Origin: Desulfomonilia bacterium
GTDB taxonomy: Bacteria > Desulfobacterota > Desulfomonilia > UBA1062
Reading direction: 5' to 3'
Length of the DNA: 64,000 nt
Assembly: GCA_963664325.2 (NCBI GenBank)
Contig: CAXXDQ010000003.1
Span: forward strand, 256,001 to 320,000
Shown here in pieces: positions 59,257 to 64,000 of the stretch; position 1 is the first letter of the stretch; each line of letters opens with the position of its first letter. The translations under genes were made by a program, and so were the position numbers. Under the pieces are notes generated by a model. It saw only the letters and a program-made list of their open reading frames with translations. It had not been told where the DNA came from and made no database searches.

Positions 59257-60396
59257 ATGAGAGGAAAACTTGAACAGACTAAAGCAACAATTGAATTAAT
59301 ATCAATTGAAGTTGAGAGAGTTGACGCTGAATATAATGAACTCTGGGTAAGTTTTGAATATACATGCCCCGGTGGTGAATATAAATCAGCCATGCCTGTC
59401 CCGACAGGTAATTCAATGGATATGACCAATCATTTTTTCCGTGAACTGACAAATGAGGCAAGACATCTGTCTGAAATGGAAGGAGATGAAAGTTTAATAA
59501 CAAACCTCGTTGTATCTAATAAGGCATCCACGATGCTCCAGATAAAAAATCTTTATCAGCGTGTAATCGAGGCTCTTGACTATGAAGGGATTCTAAGTGA
59601 GAGCGCTTCCTACATTGACCTTTGCACATCCGGTCTTGATTTCAGAACGCCCTCCAACAGCCTTTCTGTCAAAGACTTTGAGGAAAGGTTCAGGATATTC
59701 ATGAGCAGGGCAAAAGACAAAATGTCGCATGGATATTATACAATTGCAGCTGATGACCTGGAAAAAGCAAAGGTCTTGTGTTCAAGCAGTTCCATAATCT
59801 ATAAACTGATCGGTATCTGTCACAGGGAGTTGGGACATCTTGACCTCGCACTTGAGATGTTTTTAAAATCCCTTGAACTTGGTGATAATGACAAAGACAC
59901 TTTCTTATATATTGCAGAAATTTATTTCTTCCTTGGTGATATGGAAAATGCATCAGATATTCTGAATAAAATAATTATTAATTATCCCAACGACAGTCGT
60001 ATTCTTGTCGAGCTTGCAAATGTTTTATACCAGCAGGAAAAGGATTACATGGAAGTAATTGAAAAGGCATTTCAGATTGATCAGGAAGAGACCAGAAACG
60101 CAATTGCCCAAACTTTTGTTTTCAAAAAAAATGGCAATAAAGACTCTAAGAAAATATCGCTGGATAAGGCATCGGAAATGCTTAAGATACCCTCAAATAC
60201 TATAATGTCTCTTGCTGCCAAGCATAAAATTCCGGCAAGGCAGGATGCTTCAACTGAAGGGCTCATCTTTGATGAGAAGGAAATATATACCTGGGCATTG
60301 GTTTACAGGAGGTTTGGCCTGCTCCAAAATGAGATCGAAAGAATTTCTTCTAACTTCAGAGAACAGGACGATAAAGACCTGGCTGTTCTTTCCTGA
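59257..60396 (+). CDS. TPR-repeat protein with C-terminal HTH_17/excisionase-like helix-turn-helix
   Basis: TPRs (YKLIGICHRELGHLDLALEMFLKSLEL...); C-terminal ISLDKASEMLKIPSNTIMSLAAKHKIPA...FDEKEIYTW. Confidence 0.75.
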   Translation: MRGKLEQTKATIELISIEVERVDAEYNELWVSFEYTCPGGEYKSAMPVPTGNSMDMTNHFFRELTNEARHLSEMEGDESLITNLVVSNKASTMLQIKNLYQRVIEALDYEGILSESASYIDLCTSGLDFRTPSNSLSVKDFEERFRIFMSRAKDKMSHGYYTIAADDLEKAKVLCSSSSIIYKLIGICHRELGHLDLALEMFLKSLELGDNDKDTFLYIAEIYFFLGDMENASDILNKIIINYPNDSRILVELANVLYQQEKDYMEVIEKAFQIDQEETRNAIAQTFVFKKNGNKDSKKISLDKASEMLKIPSNTIMSLAAKHKIPARQDASTEGLIFDEKEIYTWALVYRRFGLLQNEIERISSNFREQDDKDLAVLS

Positions 60397-61090
60397 CAGC
60401 AAAAATCTGTCACCTGTTGTTGTTGTCTGTCACGGCATCCCTGGCAGCAAACCTGTTCAAGGCGAGAGAGGATATATCTCTCTTGCAGAGGAGCTGGCAA
60501 ACAATGGGTTTCTCAGTGTAATCTTCAATTTCAGTGGATGCGGGGAATCGTCAGGGAATATTGATCTAAATATTTGGGATAAAGATCTTCGAACCGTATA
60601 TGATTTTGTTTCGGAATTACCCGGGGCGGACAATAATGAAATTCATATGATCGGTTTTAGTGCAGGCGGTGCGATATCTGTAAAGTTCATCATATCGGAA
60701 AAAAATCAAGTTAAAAGCCTTATGCTTCTGGCAACACCGGCGGATTTATCACAAATAATCCCTGGTGATTCAGGACTTATGGTAAGGCATTTCAAGGGAC
60801 TCGGCCTTATAAAAGATGCGGATTTTCCACAAGACATCAATAGGTGGTACAAGGGTTTTTCATCGCTCATGACTGAAAATCTTATACGATGGCTGCCTCA
60901 TGGAACGTCTGTCTGTATTATACATGGAACTGAAGACGAGTTGATTCCTATTTCCCATGCAGAGAGAATATATAAGGCCGCACCTAGTCCCAAAAAGCTT
61001 ATAATACTTGAAGGGGCATCCCATCAGTTAAGAAGAGATGTCAGAGTTCAGGGGATTATCATTGAATGGCTTAGATTACAAAAGAATTGA
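60329..61090 (+). CDS. Alpha/beta hydrolase
   Basis: VVCHGIPG, FNFSGCGESSG, GFSAGG nucleophile elbow, IHGTEDELIP, GASH. Confidence 0.88.
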   Translation: MRSKEFLLTSENRTIKTWLFFPDSKNLSPVVVVCHGIPGSKPVQGERGYISLAEELANNGFLSVIFNFSGCGESSGNIDLNIWDKDLRTVYDFVSELPGADNNEIHMIGFSAGGAISVKFIISEKNQVKSLMLLATPADLSQIIPGDSGLMVRHFKGLGLIKDADFPQDINRWYKGFSSLMTENLIRWLPHGTSVCIIHGTEDELIPISHAERIYKAAPSPKKLIILEGASHQLRRDVRVQGIIIEWLRLQKN

Positions 61091-61112
61091 TACCATGCTG
61101 CGCTTATGAATA

Positions 61113-62423
61113 TCAGCGAATTACAGATCTGGCTCCAACATAGTTCTTTTTGTAATAATTTGTATCCAGTGATTCCACGGTGACCGAATGACCGGGTCTT
61201 GGGGCATGTATAAATTTACCGTCTCCTACATAAATCCCGACATGGGTAATCCTCCTGGGGGCATTTATGTATTTGACTATTTTCTTTCTCGGGTTTTTTT
61301 TGTTTCGTATTTTAATTTTTTTATATGGGGAATTAGTTGAGAAGAAAACGAGATCTCCCTTCTCAAGTTCGTCCTTTTTTCTGGGTATCCCTACATGGAA
61401 CTGTTCCCTGCTGGATCTGGGAAGATTTAACCCCATATCCCTGTAGACTTGCATTGTAAGACCGCTGCAATCCGTTGCACTGCTTGTTGCACCTCCTCTT
61501 TTATAGGGAATGCCCTTGTAGGTGTCTGCAACACTAACGAGCTTTTCCCTTAATTCCGGGTTATCATTAATGGCTGGATCATTCATATTGTCTTCATCTA
61601 TATCTGATTCACTTTCGTTATCATATGAAGCCAGAATGGAACTGCGTTTCTCCTGAGAGTACGCGTAATGGGCATTAACCTTTTCCTTCCTGTTTACTGC
61701 AAGCATACTTTCGTTATGCTTTTTAATTCTTGCGAGTCTCAGATGGTTCTTCTTCTCATTTTTAGCCTTGAGCAGCTTTTTGTTCATTTCTCGTGTTTCT
61801 TTTTTAATCCTTGCTTGAATACCGGGAGGTGCGTTAAAAACCGAACAATAGGTGTTATCAGTAGCAGAAGCAAAAATATTTTCGGATAATTCTTCAGGGT
61901 CCATTCCGGGAAGCGAGGCAAGATTTTCGACTTTCTTTCCAGCCGCACCGTTTGCCTGGGTTTTGCTTTCCGATTTAAACTCTGAAGTAATGCCAACCGT
62001 ATTGGGGTTTATCAAAATTGCTTTCCCAGAATATATAATTTTTCTCTTTGATGATGGTGAACTATACCATATTTCGGTAACAGCTGATTTCTCCCGGTTT
62101 ATTCTGAGGTCGATTTCACCACCTGGCCTGATCCTTTTGATAATCCTCTTGTCAGACTTTTTTGATGCATACAGGGCATCGGCAATGGAAATACCCTGAC
62201 TGGTAAGTATCGTGACAAAGGCATCCCCTTCCTTGATTTTATACGTAATTTTACCTGGAACAGTTTTAGCCTGAAGGGGTATTGTTTTGAAAGTAGCCTC
62301 TGGATTGAAGACATTCTGATTTGCAGCAGGCATTGCATTTGCCTGAACCGCTAATCCAATCAGAAAAAATAAAATATTTATTATTATAAGCCATCCATAG
62401 GACAGCATCTTTGATCTGCTCAC
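61113..62423 (-). CDS. NlpC/P60 (C40) peptidoglycan endopeptidase with OapA/LysM-like N-terminal region
   Basis: Signal/TM segment; YKIKEGDAFVTIL...IRPGGEI; YKGIPYKRGG...DCSGL...LPRSSREQ...GDLVFF...HVGIYVGDGKFIHA. Confidence 0.9.
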   Translation of the reverse strand: MSRSKMLSYGWLIIINILFFLIGLAVQANAMPAANQNVFNPEATFKTIPLQAKTVPGKITYKIKEGDAFVTILTSQGISIADALYASKKSDKRIIKRIRPGGEIDLRINREKSAVTEIWYSSPSSKRKIIYSGKAILINPNTVGITSEFKSESKTQANGAAGKKVENLASLPGMDPEELSENIFASATDNTYCSVFNAPPGIQARIKKETREMNKKLLKAKNEKKNHLRLARIKKHNESMLAVNRKEKVNAHYAYSQEKRSSILASYDNESESDIDEDNMNDPAINDNPELREKLVSVADTYKGIPYKRGGATSSATDCSGLTMQVYRDMGLNLPRSSREQFHVGIPRKKDELEKGDLVFFSTNSPYKKIKIRNKKNPRKKIVKYINAPRRITHVGIYVGDGKFIHAPRPGHSVTVESLDTNYYKKNYVGARSVIR

Positions 62424-62624
62424 AAATAACCTCCAAATAGCCTTTATGATTTATCAAACGATGTTATTCAGGAGATCATGAATTACTAAAATCAATATAC
62501 AACAAGATATATGTATAAGTCAAATTTCAGGAATTGTGTTTATATTACAAGAAGTTGATAGAAAGTAGAACCAAAATTTCAATAATACCCAACCACATTT
62601 TGTTATACAAACTTATATCTCTTG

Positions 62625-63035
62625 TTAAGTTTGCCTGTATATACCGGCAGCCCTTTTCTCGTGTGCCTTTCTGGAGATTGTTGTATCACAGGAAAAGCTG
62701 AGTCCTGTTTTCTGAATCAATTCCTTGATATAATCCAGGTGGGGGCAAGGAGGGCCGTGATAATTGTCCTTGCTTATGCAGCTTGCCAGTTTAACCAGGA
62801 TTTCATGGGCCTCGATATTATCTGACTGCTTGGCCTTCTTTTTAAGCAGGATCAGTTTGCGGTGAATAACCCTGCCGCAGCAGCCGCCGCAGGTGAACGA
62901 CAGTTTCCTGACGTCATCTGCGAGGTCGAGATTTTCAAACCCTCCTGTCCTGGTGACAAACGACTTGTCGCAATAATATCCCGGGCATCTCTGATGGACT
63001 AGATGACATTGAATGATTGCTATCAATTTTATCAT
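62625..63035 (-). CDS. CGGC-domain metal-binding protein
   Basis: IIQC...RCPGYYC...TCGGCCG...LASC...PPCPH. Confidence 0.85.
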   Translation of the reverse strand: MIKLIAIIQCHLVHQRCPGYYCDKSFVTRTGGFENLDLADDVRKLSFTCGGCCGRVIHRKLILLKKKAKQSDNIEAHEILVKLASCISKDNYHGPPCPHLDYIKELIQKTGLSFSCDTTISRKAHEKRAAGIYRQT

Positions 63036-63049
63036 GCTAATTTCTCTCT

Positions 63050-64000
63050 TTATGAAAAGGATGACAGCACTGTGTTCATTCCTGTTTCAACAGCGCTTGT
63101 GATGGAGGAGAGCCAGGAAAAACCAACTCTTACCATATTGTCATTAAGCGTTCGGATTACCTCCATGTAATCAATGCTGTCCGCAGGCAGACCGGCAAGG
63201 AAATCCTGTTTCAAGAATGGATCTCCTTCATGGTTCCTGAGCTCTTTTAACATATTCTCTACTTCAGGCCATCTTGTATGAAATTCTTCCTGCTGCCTGA
63301 TAACCTCCGACAGGCGATCTGTTTTAACAAGTTTGAGACTTTTGACGGATTCCGGGATTTTGGCTGCAAGGGCCTTAAGCCTTGATATCCGCTCATCCAG
63401 ACCAGAATCGATAGCTTCAAGAGATGCCTTCAACAAGCATTCGGAGAGAAACATTGATCTTACATTTGAGTACCATTTCCTGAGTGCAATAAGGTTGGCG
63501 ATATAATATATATTATTTTTAACCTTTCGTTTTATCTCAAAATAAACTCCTGGGAAGAATTTGAATTCCTTGACATCCTGAACAGAACCTGTCACCAGTT
63601 GGCCCTCTGAAAGGTCTCTCCTGTATACGATTCCTGCCGCTATTGTTGAACCGAACCCGATGCGTGAAGGCCCTACGAGCCCACCCTGACCGCCAAGAAA
63701 TATGGGTCTCTCTCTGAGAAACACTCCGCGAGGCACATCTCCCATTATGGAGGCTGTTGCCTTGTCCATATTGGGTGTAAAGTTGAAATGTATGTATGAA
63801 CTGCCGACCTCACTGTGATTCTTCCGGCTTGTTCCGCCTGCCATCATGCAGTCACAAAAATTTATGAGACTGCCCAGTGTAACAAAAGGGAACAGTATCG
63901 TTTGTTTAAGTCCCACAGCATGCGCAGCATTTGCCTCTTCTTCCATAATGCAGCCCTCACGTACATGGGCACCTGAACTCATACTTGACTTATCAAGGAA
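63050..64000 (-). CDS. GlmU-like / left-handed beta-helix protein, 5' end outside the window
   Basis: GAHVREGCIMEEEA...GLKQTILFPFVTLGSLINFCD...HFNFTPNMDKATAS...FLGGQGGLVGP; the frame is open to the window edge. Confidence 0.7.
   Translation of the reverse strand, partial: FLDKSSMSSGAHVREGCIMEEEANAAHAVGLKQTILFPFVTLGSLINFCDCMMAGGTSRKNHSEVGSSYIHFNFTPNMDKATASIMGDVPRGVFLRERPIFLGGQGGLVGPSRIGFGSTIAAGIVYRRDLSEGQLVTGSVQDVKEFKFFPGVYFEIKRKVKNNIYYIANLIALRKWYSNVRSMFLSECLLKASLEAIDSGLDERISRLKALAAKIPESVKSLKLVKTDRLSEVIRQQEEFHTRWPEVENMLKELRNHEGDPFLKQDFLAGLPADSIDYMEVIRTLNDNMVRVGFSWLSSITSAVETGMNTVLSSFS

Noticed and set aside
1-64000. CRISPR arrays, tRNA/rRNA genes, IS elements and defence systems
   Set aside because: I saw no regularly spaced repeats, cloverleaf or rRNA signatures, transposases, integrases or recognisable defence genes.

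Overview
A gene-dense stretch of core chromosome from an anaerobic, Gram-negative deltaproteobacterium. It looks Desulfobacterota/syntroph-like, inferred from gene content. In order, it carries: type IV pilus motor genes pilB-pilT-pilC; birA; a heavily frameshifted valS preceded by an acidic PopZ/RomR-C-like protein; pfkA; a frameshifted lpdA; a MOSC protein; an Omp85/TolB-like surface protein; a four-gene HEAT-ParA-coiled-coil operon that closely resembles the Myxococcus pomY-pomZ-pomX division-site positioning system plus one extra small coiled-coil gene; priA; an acs-TetR-HAD/ECH-etfBA-membrane FeS oxidoreductase fatty-acid oxidation cluster; a hybrid histidine kinase; rhaDBA+rhaM; a DnaJ/TPR protein; ppiA; a CoA-transferase-GNAT fusion; an LPS core glycosyltransferase cluster; an SCP2-M24-UroD-like operon of unknown function; a sigma-54 activator; a degenerate GGDEF/HD-GYP protein behind a sigma-54 promoter with an IHF site; murJ; a probable Cys-Sec DUF1573 selenoprotein; NlpC/P60; CGGC; and a partial GlmU-like gene. 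I recognised no rRNA, tRNA, CRISPR array or mobile element. The most interesting signals are the compact PomXYZ-like system outside myxobacteria, the UGA-recoded DUF1573 protein with a SECIS-like hairpin, and the PopZ/RomR-like scaffold next to valS. Several frameshifts fall in homopolymer runs and are probably sequencing or assembly errors. All family assignments come from motif recognition, not database searches.
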